Shown one piece after another: positions 52,401 through 64,000 of a DNA stretch of 64,000 nucleotides. The notes beneath the pieces were generated by a model. That model saw only the letters and a program-made list of their open reading frames with translations, was not told the DNA's origin and did not search any database. The stretch spans positions 183,522,001 through 183,586,000 of the forward strand of contig NC_058368.1 of the NCBI RefSeq assembly GCF_018350175.1, given 5' to 3'. Positions within the stretch are counted from its first letter, which is position 1. Each line of letters starts with the position of its first letter. Source of the stretch: Felis catus (Eukaryota). Position numbers and translations under genes: made by a program.

Positions 52401-53171
52401 ATTATGGTAACATATGTTCTTAATCTAGAGGATTGTGTTTTTTTAGACTATATTAAGAATACCATATTATTTAAACTATTAACTTGAATTGGAAAGTGTA
52501 GGAGTTAATGTACTATTGAACTTTTTGATTTATGTTAGTGTAAGAGTCATTAGTTTTTATGTATCTGGTAAACAAATAATATACACCATATATTAAACAA
52601 ATTTATATGTTCATGCAACTTTACTGAACACTAAAGTTGCAAAAAATATCATGTGGAATACTACAACATTCAATTGAAAATGCACCAATAATTAAATTGA
52701 AAGATTGAGATTAAACAATTCATCATGAGTGAGAATCAAGTAAATATGATAAATGTTACTGGCATCATTTGATTAGCATAATATATTTAGCTGCAAAATA
52801 TGAAATCGTTTAATGGGAAAAAGTGTGAAAACTTTTAGGAAAAAAAAACAAAATTGAGAATATATACACTGTGCAATAAATTATTTCTGAGCATTGCCTT
52901 AAAGTGGATTTTAGTCCTTGAACTCTAAAACCATGAAAAATATCACAATCTCCTTGGAGTATATATATGTAGAAAGATATGATTAATCTTATCTATTACA
53001 ATCAAGTATAAGCTATTTTAGAGTCAAGGTAGAGTCATTTGTGTATCCATTTATTTAGTATTCATTCATTCATTCATTATTTATTTATTTGTTTATTCAT
53101 TCATTCATTCATTCATTCACTTATTCATTTATAACCAACGTATCCCTAGCATTTCATTGAGTACTCAATAT

Positions 53172-53360
53172 ACTTTTTTTTTTATTTTATTTTCAGAGAG
53201 AGAGAGTGGGGGAGGGTCAGAGAGAGAGAGAGAAGGAATCCCATAAAGGCTCTTCAATGGCAGCCTAAAACTGTGGGACTAAAACTCACAAACCATAAGA
53301 TTATGACCTGAGTTGAAATCAAGAATTGGACACTTAACGGACTGAGTCACCCAGGTGCCT
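53172..53360 (-). mobile_element. CanSINE inserted into an L2 3' tail (with (TTCA)n at 53060-53125)
   Basis: 12-bp TSD agtactcaatat at 53160-53171 and 53363-53374. Confidence 0.93.
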
Positions 53361-53908
53361 CAAGTACTCAATATTTTTTTTAAATGAATGATAAATTTCC
53401 TCATTCTTTTTCATCTTTTGAATGGTGAGGACAGATTAAATAATCTCAGCTCCATAGTTTTAAAATATTCTAACAGAATATTATTTAAGCTGTATCGCCA
53501 ATGATGCACATATAAGAAAAACAGAAATTCTTCTATGACCTTGAATTCTTTTTTTAAAACCGTATTTCATATTCCATGGGGAGAATTATGTGAGTTTCTC
53601 CACTCTGGTGAAACAGATAGAGGTGGAACTAAGTTTAATGTGTGGATTGATACAATTTTCAACTATAGAAAGAAAGGTTTCATAATCATGATTATTGCCA
53701 TTAAAATAATATCGGTCATTTGATATTCATTCTTGAGTAACAAAATCATAGTAGGTAGTTTATTTACTTAGGTTATCTTATTTAGTTCTCACAACTAGTC
53801 TCTTATGTTGAAACAATAACATCCAATTAAAAAATGAGAATACAGTGTGAGAGAGAACTTGTCCATGAGTTTGTACTGTTGGTGACAGTATTTAAAACCA
53901 AGATTTTA

Positions 53909-54130
53909 TTTTTTTTTAATTTTTTTTCAACGTTTATTTATTTTTGGGACAGAGAGAGACAGAGCATGAATGGGGGAGGGGCAGAGAGAGAGGGAGACAC
54001 AGAATCGGAAACAGGCTCCAGGCTCTGAGCCATCAGCCCAGAGCCCGACGCGGGGCTCGAACTCCCGGACCGCGAGATCGTGACCTGGCTGAAGTCAGAC
54101 GCTTAACCAACTGTGCCACCCAGGCGCCCC
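53909..54130 (-). mobile_element. Very young CanSINE (SINEC_Fc), inserted in a MIR remnant
   Basis: CpG-rich; 16-bp TSD taaaaccaagatttta at 53893-53908 and 54131-54146. Confidence 0.98.
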
Positions 54131-54423
54131 TAAAACCAAGATTTTAAACCAAGCTACTATGGAGACAAAGATTATGCTCATTCTATCTTTAACATTCTCT
54201 AATATTGACTGCGAATGAGTCCACATTAGTAAAGCTTTGCTTGTATCTGTACTATAGATCTCCATGATTCTCTCTAAATAATTATCAATCACCATTTTAG
54301 AAAAACAAATCAGGGTTTGGAGCAAACAAACTTGTTTTGCTTTCTGAATTGCACTTTTACAAATGAAATAATCATTTACCAATGATAATAAACAGAAGGA
54401 GGAATTCTTTCTTAAAACGTACG

Positions 54424-57400
54424 AGAGGAGAAGGTTATTAAAAGGACAGCATAGGAAGACTTTGAACTCACCTCATCCCATGAAGATACCAGGTATACAA
54501 CAACCTATGAACAATTCTCTCTGAAAAAGACCTTAAACTAGCTGAGCAGCTCCTCCACAACACAGAATAAAAAGACTACAATGAAATGGGTAGGAGAAAC
54601 AGAGACATGGTTTGGTGAAAAATCCACCCATAACATGGTGATCCAAAAGTGGAAATGATCTCACAAAAACAGAGTATGTCCTTGAGTGAGGAATCTGATC
54701 CCCATATTAGGCAAGAAGAGCCCCTAAAACACCTGGTTTTGAAAATCCACAGGGATTATGTCCAGGAGACCCAGAGGGCTATATGAAACTGAGACTACAC
54801 ATTTAAAGGTCTCACAATCAGTCAGTCAATCATTCAGTCAATGTCTCACACACAGATTCACTCACATTAGAACCCAGAACAAAAGCAGCAGATTTTAAAG
54901 CATGGAGACCATATGTGAAGGCGACTCACTGGCTAATCTTAAAGTGTCTGCCAAAGGCGAAGAGGCCTGCTGGAACTCTCTCCAGGGATGAAGGTGCTGG
55001 CGAGCATCATTTTGCACTGTCTTTCCTTATTGGCACCAGTGTTTTTAGGTGCAGTTTTGTCCTTTCCCTCTACCCTGATAGCAACATTTTCCCCATGTTA
55101 TCACTCTCCTGTGCCTGCCTTGCTAAACCTGATATACCCTGGTATACCCCACCCCTGTGCTTTTCTGTGGTCCCATACTGATAAAATCCATAGGCAGATG
55201 CTTCTGTTTAGACCTGCCCTGTCCAACCCAATGGATAGGCATGCCCTAGGTTGGCATGCCCCAAAAGCCCCACCCCACCAAAGCAGGAGGGTGGACATGC
55301 CCAGGGCCAGCATTCCCCCATGTCCCTACCCAAGCTGATTGATATGCACAGTCCACATAAGGACTTTCCCTTGAAAAAAAAAAATGGCTCTGGTGGCAAG
55401 GAGGTCTTGTTTTTCTAGGCCTGGTATGATTGAAACAATCAAAGAGACAGTTTTTGACAGGCTACCAAATGCAAGGAACTGTATTGACAACTGAATGAAA
55501 CAAATTCAAATCCTTCTCTGAAAAAAAGCCTTATTACCTAAGTATTCTGGAGCTTCAACCTAAGGAGTGGGCTTCAGGTTGACAACACAACTACACTAAG
55601 ATACACCATAATTGAAATTTCAGGAGTTAAAAATAAAGGGAGACTACTACAAGCAATAAAAGAAACACAACTTCTTATGTACAAGAGAAACTCCGTAAGA
55701 CTAACAGCAAATTTTATAGCAGAAATTTTGCAGGCCAAAAAGAAATGGCAGGATATATTCAAAGTGCTAAAAGCAAAAGTTTGCAGCCAAAAATACTCTA
55801 GTTAGCAAGGTTATCATTCAGAATTAAAAGAAAAATAAAGAGTTTTCCAAAAATGCAAAAACTAAATAAATGCACTACCACTAAATTGGCCTTACAAAAA
55901 ATATGTTGTAAGACTTCTTTAAGCTAGAAAAGAAAGAACTAATTAGTAACAAAAACCATGAGAATAGAAATCTCCCTCAAAATGGTAAATATATAGTAAA
56001 GGTAAAGAACTAATTACCTATTGAGCTAGCATTAAGGTTAAAAGACAAAAGTAATAAAAATAAATATGATAACAGTTAAGGGAAACACAAAACAAAAAGA
56101 TGTAAAATGTGACATCAAAAACATAAAAAGGTGGGAGAGGGTGAGTAAAATTGTAGAGTTTCAAAATGTGTTCAATCTTAACATGTTATCAACTTAAAAT
56201 AGACTGAGATATATGTTATATCTATATCTATATATCTATATCTATAAATATATTTTAAGACTGAGATATATATATCTCATCATAACCATGGTTATATAAC
56301 CATGGTTATGATGACTACCACAGAGCAAAACTCTAAAGTAGAAACACAAAAGATAATGAGAATGGTATATAAACATAACATCCAAAAAAAGATATCAAAC
56401 TGTAAGAAAAAATAGCAAGAGGAGAAGGAACAGGAAAGAACTACAAAACTGGCAGAAAACAATGAACAAAACGGCAGTATTTACCTATTTGTAACTACTT
56501 TAAATGTACTGGACTAAATTATACTATCAAAAGACACAGAACATACAAACTACCAAACCCAAAACAGAAAGACATAGACATTTTAAATATTAATATTTTC
56601 AACATATATTTAAAAAACTCATATAACCCAATGACATAATCAACAGCAACAAAACAACAAACACAATTAAAAATAGGCAGAGGATCTGACATACAAATGG
56701 CCAAGAGGGACATGAAAAGATGTTCAATATCATTAATTATCAGGGAAATGCAAATCACAACTACAATGATATATTACCTCACATTTGTCAGAATGGCTAT
56801 TGTCAAAAAGACAAGAAATAACAAGTGTTGCTAAGGATGTGGAGAAAAGAGAATGCCCATGCACTGTTGTTGGGAATGTAAACTGGTACAGCTACTATGA
56901 GAAACAGTATCTAGGTTCCTCAGGAAACTAAAAATACAGATCCCTGTGATCCAACAGTTCCACTTTTGGGCATTTATATGAAAAAACAAAAACAAAAACA
57001 AAAATGTTACTTTGAAAAGATAATTTCAGGGGCGCCTGGGTGGCTCAGTTGGTTGAGCACCCAACTTCAGCTCAGGTCATGGTCTCACAGCTTGTGGGTT
57101 TGAGCCCCGCATCAGGCTCTGTGCTGATGGCTCAGAGCCTGGAGCCTGCTTCAGATTCTGTGTCTTCCCCTCTCTCTGCCCTTCCCCCACTCACATTCTG
57201 TTTCTCTCTGTCTCAAAAATAAATAAAATTTTGAAAAGATAATTTCACCCCTAAGTTCACTGCAGCATTACTCACAGTGGCCAAGACATAGAAAAAGCCA
57301 AAGTATCCACTGATGGATGAATCGATAAAGAAGATGTGGTATACATACAATAGTATACTATTCAGCCATAAAAAAAATAAAATAAAATTTTGACATTTGT

Positions 57401-57830
57401 GACAACATGATGAACCATGAGGTTAATATGTTAAGTTAAATTAAGACAAATATGTATTATTTCACTCATACGAGGAATCTAAAACCAAAGCAAATGAACA
57501 AACAAAACAAAATTCACAGATGTAGAGAACAGATTGGTGGTTGCCAGAAAGAGGTTGGGGGGACATAGAATGCATGAAGGGCTCAAGAGGTATAAACTTC
57601 CAGTCATAAAATAAGTAAATCATGGGGATGTAATTTATAATATGGTGATGATAGTCATTAATATTGTATTGCATTGTATATTATGTAACTTTACATAGTT
57701 ACAGGAGGAAACCAAACTTACTATGGTGATCATTTCCCAGCATATACAAATACTGAATCATGTTGTTGTATACCAGAAACCACTATAATGTTTCTTGTCA
57801 ATTATACCTCAAGAAAAACAATAAAAGAAA
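54424..57830 (+). mobile_element. Carnivore-era L1 (L1_Carn/L1MA9-like), 5'UTR and 3'UTR retained, most of ORF1 and ORF2 deleted
   Basis: 5' end similar to the 33968 element (tgaactcacctcatccca); ORF1 C-terminus at 55600-55920; ORF2 C-terminus 56600-57480; 3'UTR and A-tail. Confidence 0.9.
57029..57229 (+). mobile_element. CanSINE within L1
   Basis: 18-bp TSD tttgaaaagataatttca at 57011-57028 and 57230-57247. Confidence 0.97.
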
Positions 57831-58510
57831 ATGCGATTAATAAATAGGTAGAAATGACAGAAAGGAATTCTATTTTTGAGTCAAATATATACATCGATCT
57901 CTTTTCTGAGTATCTTTATCTACTTCTGATTTTAATAAGAGTTCAACATATAAATACACAGAGAATTAAGTAAAATTATAGAGTTTTTTTCCCCATAAAA
58001 GCATACTGGTCTTTTTCTCCAATGTATTTTGCCCTATTTAAAGTGTGATCCCATTCCTTTAATTCCCTTCTCTTGCCCAAACTTACATGAGCTTTTTGAA
58101 CATGCCTGAGAAGGTATTTTTCATCCCTTACAACCAAGTCCTGATCATTTGTGTCATTCTCTGAACATTCTACAAGAGCCTAATCTGTACTTGTTTAGGT
58201 TTGGAAACAGAATGTAGAAGCAGAAATAGATTTTACAGTTCAGTTAAATCATAGCCTCCATCCAACTCCTTTTCAAAATGAAGACTTGACTGATATGCCT
58301 GAAATCTGAATCAATTCACAGCAGGATCTGTTTCTGATTTCCTATTCTGGGATTCTTTGTACCATATTCTGCTTATGAGATTCTGGAAGTATCTTTCTGT
58401 GGAGTCATACACAACTGTTCAAGCGTTTTGAATGATCACTGAAGCTGTTATGGACATCCTGAGTAGTATTAAATTATACATTGATTCACGATATTATCTT
58501 GGGTATTTAA

Positions 58511-58725
58511 ATAAAAAAAAATTTAATGTTTATTCTCATTTCAGAGACAGAGAGACATTGCAAGTGGGGGAGGGGCAAAGAGAGAGGGAGACACAGAATC
58601 TGAAGCAGGATCCAGGCTCTGAGCTGTCAACAACAGAGCCCAACACGGGGCTTGAATCCATGAACCGTGAGATCATGACCTGAGTCAAAATCAGACACTC
58701 AACCAACTGAACTGCTCAGGTACCC
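58511..58725 (-). mobile_element. CanSINE
   Basis: 11-bp TSD tgggtatttaa at 58500-58510 and 58726-58736. Confidence 0.95.
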
Positions 58726-59164
58726 TGGGTATTTAATTTTTTTTTACTAAGATATTATTGGTATAATTTTCCACAATAATATGGTTTTGTTAACCAATAT
58801 ACATATATGTTTACTTTAACTTTACAAATTTATTCATCTTAATTTATGATTTTTGGTATATGTAATGTCTAATATGTGAAGGCTATGAACAATAAAAGTT
58901 TAACATATTTTCATTTTCTAAAAGCTGTTTTTCTCATGTAATAATTACCTACATGTGTTTGTTAGCAAGTGAATATAAGCCAATTTCCTTTCATTTAATA
59001 TTCAATAATGTCATCAAGTTATCTAAGAGTTGTAACTAATTCAAGAAAATAAAATTATACACCTATAGATAATATTTTTCTACACAATCTTGACTTTTCT
59101 CCAAGTACAATAGCAATTTCTAGACTTCACATCTGCTAAATATTACCAGGGTTATGGCACATTC

Positions 59165-59367
59165 TGTAGTGGACAAACATTACAGTGATTCTCACTGATT
59201 TCTACATCCTTTTGTTCATGTTTTGCATAAAACCCTCCCCTTGAGTGTGGGTAGAAACTGTGACTTGCTTCTAACCAATGGAATGCAGTAAAGGTGATGG
59301 GATGTCATACCCATGATCATATTAAGTTATAAAATATTGTATTTACTAGTTTCTTCCACTCTCTGTT
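59165..59367 (+). mobile_element. MaLR LTR 5' part (MLT1E-like)
   Basis: ccctccccttgagtgtggg...tgtgacttgcttctaaccaatggaat...aaggtgatgggatgtca. Confidence 0.8.
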
Positions 59368-61348
59368 GCTGATTTTTTTAAATGTTTACTCCTTTTTAAG
59401 AGACAGAGCATGATGACTTTTCATGAATCCATTAGAGAACAGAGAGCACCAAGCAAATGATCACCCTAAAACCTAGAATGGCAGGTGAACCTAGGGTGTC
59501 ATAGTCAAGATCCTACATGGAGCAGATATGCTAGAGCACAAAACTTAAATGGTTATTTTGACAAACCGCTGCAGGCTGAATATCAAATAACCTAAGAGTG
59601 AGAAAGTTCAAGGGGCCACAATTTAAAGAAATCCCCCCAAATTCATGGGTTTACCTCAAATAATCCCAATGATCCTCATAGCAAAGAGTCAAGAAAGAAA
59701 AGGTTTTGGGGCTCCAGCAGATGGAAAAGATAAGTAAACATTTGGAAATATACTCACAGAATTCTATATAACAAGGCTTAATCTTTACTGGAAAACATTT
59801 TACTGATTGTTGTCTGAAGTGGGGGAAGGGAATTTCCCCAAATACTGGCTTTACTGTACCTTCAACTAAGCAGGGGGAAAAACAAAACAACAACAACAGC
59901 AAAAAACAACAACAAAAACAACAAAACAAAACAAAACACCCTAAGAAACACTTGTGAAGATCACACATAGGCAAGGCATGTAGGATCATTAACAGACTGA
60001 GATTTAGTCATAAGATTATAAAATGCATCCCTTACTCCACTCTTTATCAACACAACAAAAGAGCTCCAATCAATAACAGTGGATTACAGTGGAGAGATCT
60101 GCAAGGCACTGACTCTAAGGATGAGTTCTTAGGGAAGCCCAAAGACAACCCAGAGAAACAAAATTCAAATACAATACAGGAACTTGAAGCATCCATTACC
60201 CACAACTACAGCAAGCACTAAACACCACCCAACTCCTAGTCAGAGTAACCTAAAATCTCACACAAAAGACCTATGTATTTTAGTCCTTATTATCTGATAC
60301 ATTATGTTAGGCTTTCAACAAAAAATAATGAGTTATGCTAAAAGACAATAAAACAAAACAAAACAAAACAAAACCAACAACAAAAACATTGTGTGAAAAT
60401 ACAAAGTACACATCAGAACCAGACTCAGATATGACATGCATGTTGAAACTCTCAGAAAAGTAGTTTAAAATAATTATGATTACCATATTAAGGGCTCTAA
60501 TGGGAAAAGTAGAGAACATATGAAAAGAGATGTGTGATATAAGTAGAGATATGAAAACTCTAAGTATCAAAAGTTAGTGTAGAAATAAAAAACACTACAA
60601 CATAAATCAAGAATGCTTTTGATAGGCTCATTGGTACAATTGGACATGCCAGAGGAAAGAATAAATGAGATTTAATATAGGTCAATAGAAACATTCCAAC
60701 TGATATGCAAAAAGAAAAAAAAAACAAGAATAACAACAGCTTAAAAAGAAAGGAACACACAAGACAATTTCAAAAGCTGTAAGATACAGGCAATTAGATA
60801 GCAGAAGAAGCGAGAGGGGATGAAGAAGACATATTTGTAGAAATGTTCACTAAAATGTTTCCAAAATTATTAACAAATAGCAAACCACAGATCTGGGAAG
60901 CTCAAAGAACCAAACAAGATAATGACTAAAAATTCTATACCTGGGCATATCATATTCAAACTGCAGAGAAACAAAGATAAAAATGAAATCTGATAAGAAG
61001 CTAAAAATGAAAACAATTTAACTACAAAGTAACAAGATGTACACAGACTTCTTGTCATAAACCATGCAGCAAAAAGAGAGTAGAGTGAAATATGTAAGTA
61101 TTGAAAGAAAATAACCAAAAACCTAGAATTCTATAATCTTTTAAAACTGAAGGAGATACAAGGCTTTCTCAAACAAAAATAAAAAAATAAAATTCACTGA
61201 CAACACAACTACCCTATATGAAATGTTTAACAAAGTTCTGAGGATGAAGGAATTTCATATAAGTGTAAAACTTGGATTTACATGAAAAATGGAATAGGAC
61301 TAAAGAAAAAATAATTGAAGGAAAAATATTTTTAATTCCTATATTCTT

Positions 61349-61564
61349 CTTTTTTTTTTGTCAACGTTTATTTATTTTTGGGACAGAGAGAGACAGAGCA
61401 TGAACGGGGGAGGGGCAGAGAGAGAGGGAGACACAGAATTGGAAACAGGCTCCAGGCTCTGAGCCATCAGCCCAGAGCCCGACGCGGGGCTCGAACTCAC
61501 TGACCGCGAGATCGTGACCTGGCTGAAGTCGGACGCCTAACCGACTACACCACCCAGGCGCCCC
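61349..61564 (-). mobile_element. Very young CanSINE (SINEC_Fc)
   Basis: CpG-rich; flanked on both sides by ttcttcttttttt. Confidence 0.97.
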
Positions 61565-61579
61565 TTCTTCTTCTTCTTC

Positions 61580-62004
61580 TTTTTTTACATTTCCAATTAT
61601 TTTATCAAGGTAAGAAGTACAGAAGCATCACTCGCAAGTGCTCAACAATCATTATTGAATGCAACTAAAAGTAGTACCCTCTACTTCTTTTCGAAAAAAT
61701 AAAACAATAGTTTACAATTCATTTAATGGCAACTGGTAATCATTAAATTGGCAATGGTTATCTTCAAAAGTTATTACACTAGCTGTGCTGTCATTTCTTA
61801 AGGATGATCAGATACCTAAAGTCACAGATGTTTCCCACATAAGATGCAACATATAAATCAGACTTGATTTATCACAAGCATTAACAAAACCAGACCTAGG
61901 GAAAGAATTATTTCTGGAGACATATGCATAGTCTTAATACAGCGAATATTTAGCCCACCCGGATTATTACAAAATCAGAACAGCAAGAATATTTGCAGTA
62001 AATT
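61580..62004 (-). pseudogene. Putative 5'-truncated retrocopy (3'UTR-like) or orphan transduction; parent not recognised
   Basis: Non-repeat-looking ~420 bp interrupting the L1; T7 run at the left end, GATAAA 14 nt upstream of the tail on the minus strand, flanking ttccta(ta)ttctt duplication. Confidence 0.6.
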
Positions 62005-64000
62005 TTCCTATTCTTAATTGATCCAAAAAGAAAACTCTTTGTTGAAAGTAATAATACTAATAATATATTTAATGATTATAGTATAGGGATGAGTGAAATG
62101 AATTACAGCAAGGTTAAAAGGGATGGGAAAAAGAAACTGAACATGCTCTTTTGTATGTTACTTGCACTACATGGGAAGCAATATAGTGTTAGTTGAAGGG
62201 GGATTTGGGTTATTTCAAGGGAAATAACTATTTTTTTGAAGAAACCTAACTGATATGCAAATACAGGAGATAAAATGGAATCATATAAAATGCTCAGTTA
62301 AAACCTGAGAAAGGATAAAAGGGGAAGCAGGAAACAAAAGACAATTATGATAAAAAGAAAACAGTTACAAAAAGGTAGATATTACATCCAAATACATCAA
62401 GAATCACTTTAAATATGAATGGTTCACATATGTTAATTAAAAACAGAGATTGTCAGAGTGAGCTATCAAGCCAGAAATGACATGGATCAACTTTAAATGC
62501 TTATCCCTAAGTGAAAGAAACCAGTTGGAAAAGGCTACAAACTGTATGATTCCAATCATATGTATGACATTATGGGAAAGACAAGACTACACAGACACTG
62601 TAATGATCAATGGCTGACACAGCATGGGACAAGAGAAGAATGCTGAACGGTGAAGCACAGGGAATTTTTTTAAGGTAGTGAAACTGTTGTGTATGAGACC
62701 AAGATGGTGGATGTATGACTATATATTAATGAAAACATATTGAACTTTACAGTAGCACAAAGGTTGATCCTTAATATATACAACATTTAAAAAAACTGTT
62801 TAGGATATCAAGGGTTCCCAGGAGGTAATGCAGACTGTAACAAAAGAATTTAACTCTATTAAAATTGTACGGACAACATCACTGGAGGACGTGGTGAAAA
62901 AGATGTCGACCTAAGTAACTTGGAAGTAAGGAAATCCTATAAAACAAGTGGGGGGGGGGGAAGAAAAAGGACATAAGTCCTGTAGTCTAATTGATAATGT
63001 TGTTTCTAGTAATGGTATAGGTCTATAATTCTGATACTCCTATGTATGCACACTGGAAAGGAACAATAAGGTAAGTCGATAGCAGATGGTATGAGTCAGG
63101 TTTCTTATTATAGGAATGGGAATTTACAAATAAGCAAGGGGACAAAGACAGAAAGATTCATGTGGTAACAGATGAGAGTTGGAGACATCCATATCAATTC
63201 ATGTTTAGCTTAATATAAAGAAGCTTGTTATGTAATGACACTCCAGTAGCAATAAGTACACCTACTGTCCAAGTCTTGCTTTCATTGTTTGACAAAAGGA
63301 ACGAGGGATCTTTAAAAAATGGCCAATTATAGTCAGGGGCTAATATAGCAGAAAATTTACAGTATCTTATAATGAAAGGAAGGAAAGGTCACAATGATGG
63401 GGGTATGTCATAGAACACAGGAGCCAAATGAAAGAGTTCTTGATGGTCAAGATGAAAATGTTTGTGCAAACAAAATAAATAAAATAGTTTTGGCTTATAA
63501 CCCAAAGTATGATATAAATATCCACGGGTTAATACTGATACAAAAATGATTACAAAATAAATGAGAGAAAATATATAAGCACCTCATTCCAAACAATTGA
63601 TACTTGATACTCTAAGGAGTCAGAATATATTTCTTCAAATCTTAATGTTGGCTTTTCATAGTAACTTCTTTCTAAGGAGTAGATAGCATAGAAAGGGAAG
63701 AAAAGACTAATTTTATAGTAGAGAAACCCAATAAAACCGTATGTGCAAGCTGTATAAGGCTAATGTCAATAGTGATAAATTATGTTAGTAATATGCATTC
63801 TTAATGTAACATAATGAAAATGGCACTTTACCTTTGTGATCATCCTACCAAAAATTCATAACCCCAATTTAATCATGAAAATGTGAGTAAATACCTGTGC
63901 AGTACTCCTCAAAACCATCAACTTGATCAAAAACAAGGAAAGTCTGAGAAACTGTCATAGCCAAGAGGACACTACGAAAATATGATGACTAAAGGTAATG

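Larger units (their letters stand above)
59414..64000 (+). mobile_element. Ancient L1 (L1MD-type): 5' region, ORF1, deletion of most of ORF2, long 3'UTR running off the window
   Basis: ORF1 motifs (ggcatatcatattcaaactgcaga, aaaccatgcagcaaaaagagagt); jump at ~62460 from ORF2 start to 3' end; 3'UTR homologous to rc of 650-960. Confidence 0.88.

Noticed and set aside
104..58683. Recurrent 60-95 aa ORFs such as MAQLVKRPTSAQVMIS...SLSQK and RERQS..GGAEREGDTES that look like a protein family
   Set aside because: They are translations of CanSINE copies on either strand, not genes
114..61564. tRNA genes or a CRISPR-like repeat-spacer pattern
   Set aside because: tRNA-like A/B boxes belong to SINE heads; direct repeats are TSD pairs, not regularly spaced arrays; the DNA is mammalian
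650..63970. Long-range inverted similarity between the window ends suggesting a giant transposon with TIRs
   Set aside because: Explained by two independent, diverged L1MC/MD 3'UTRs in opposite orientation

Overview
AT-rich mammalian genomic DNA, almost certainly felid: it carries about 24 tRNA-derived CanSINEs (SINEC_Fc-like, many with intact target-site duplications, TSDs), carnivore-type L1s and short Felis-type L1 3' ends. Well over half of the window is interspersed repeat. Ancient L1MC/MD-type elements sit at both ends (minus 425-7920, plus 59414-64000). A nested L1-in-L1 cluster spans about 25.1-39.2 kb and includes one near-full-length but dead carnivore L1, and another deleted L1 lies at 54.4-57.8 kb. 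There are also MaLR/ERVL LTRs, hAT MITEs, MIR/L2 remnants and microsatellites. I recognise no protein-coding exon, rRNA, tRNA gene or CRISPR array; the supplied ORFs are SINE/L1/microsatellite artefacts or chance ORFs. I found no convincing new biological system. The best leads are: (i) a ~420-bp poly(A)-tailed non-repeat insertion (retrocopy or orphan transduction) at 61.6-62.0 kb; (ii) a repeat-free island at 48.3-49.2 kb with a candidate 27-nt microexon flanked by RBFOX motifs and a TALE/HOX motif cluster; (iii) a 45-bp templated insertion copied from 800 bp upstream; (iv) a perfect 38-bp nested palindrome. Repeat subfamily names come from memory of consensus sequences and need RepeatMasker/Dfam confirmation; boundaries without TSDs are approximate.
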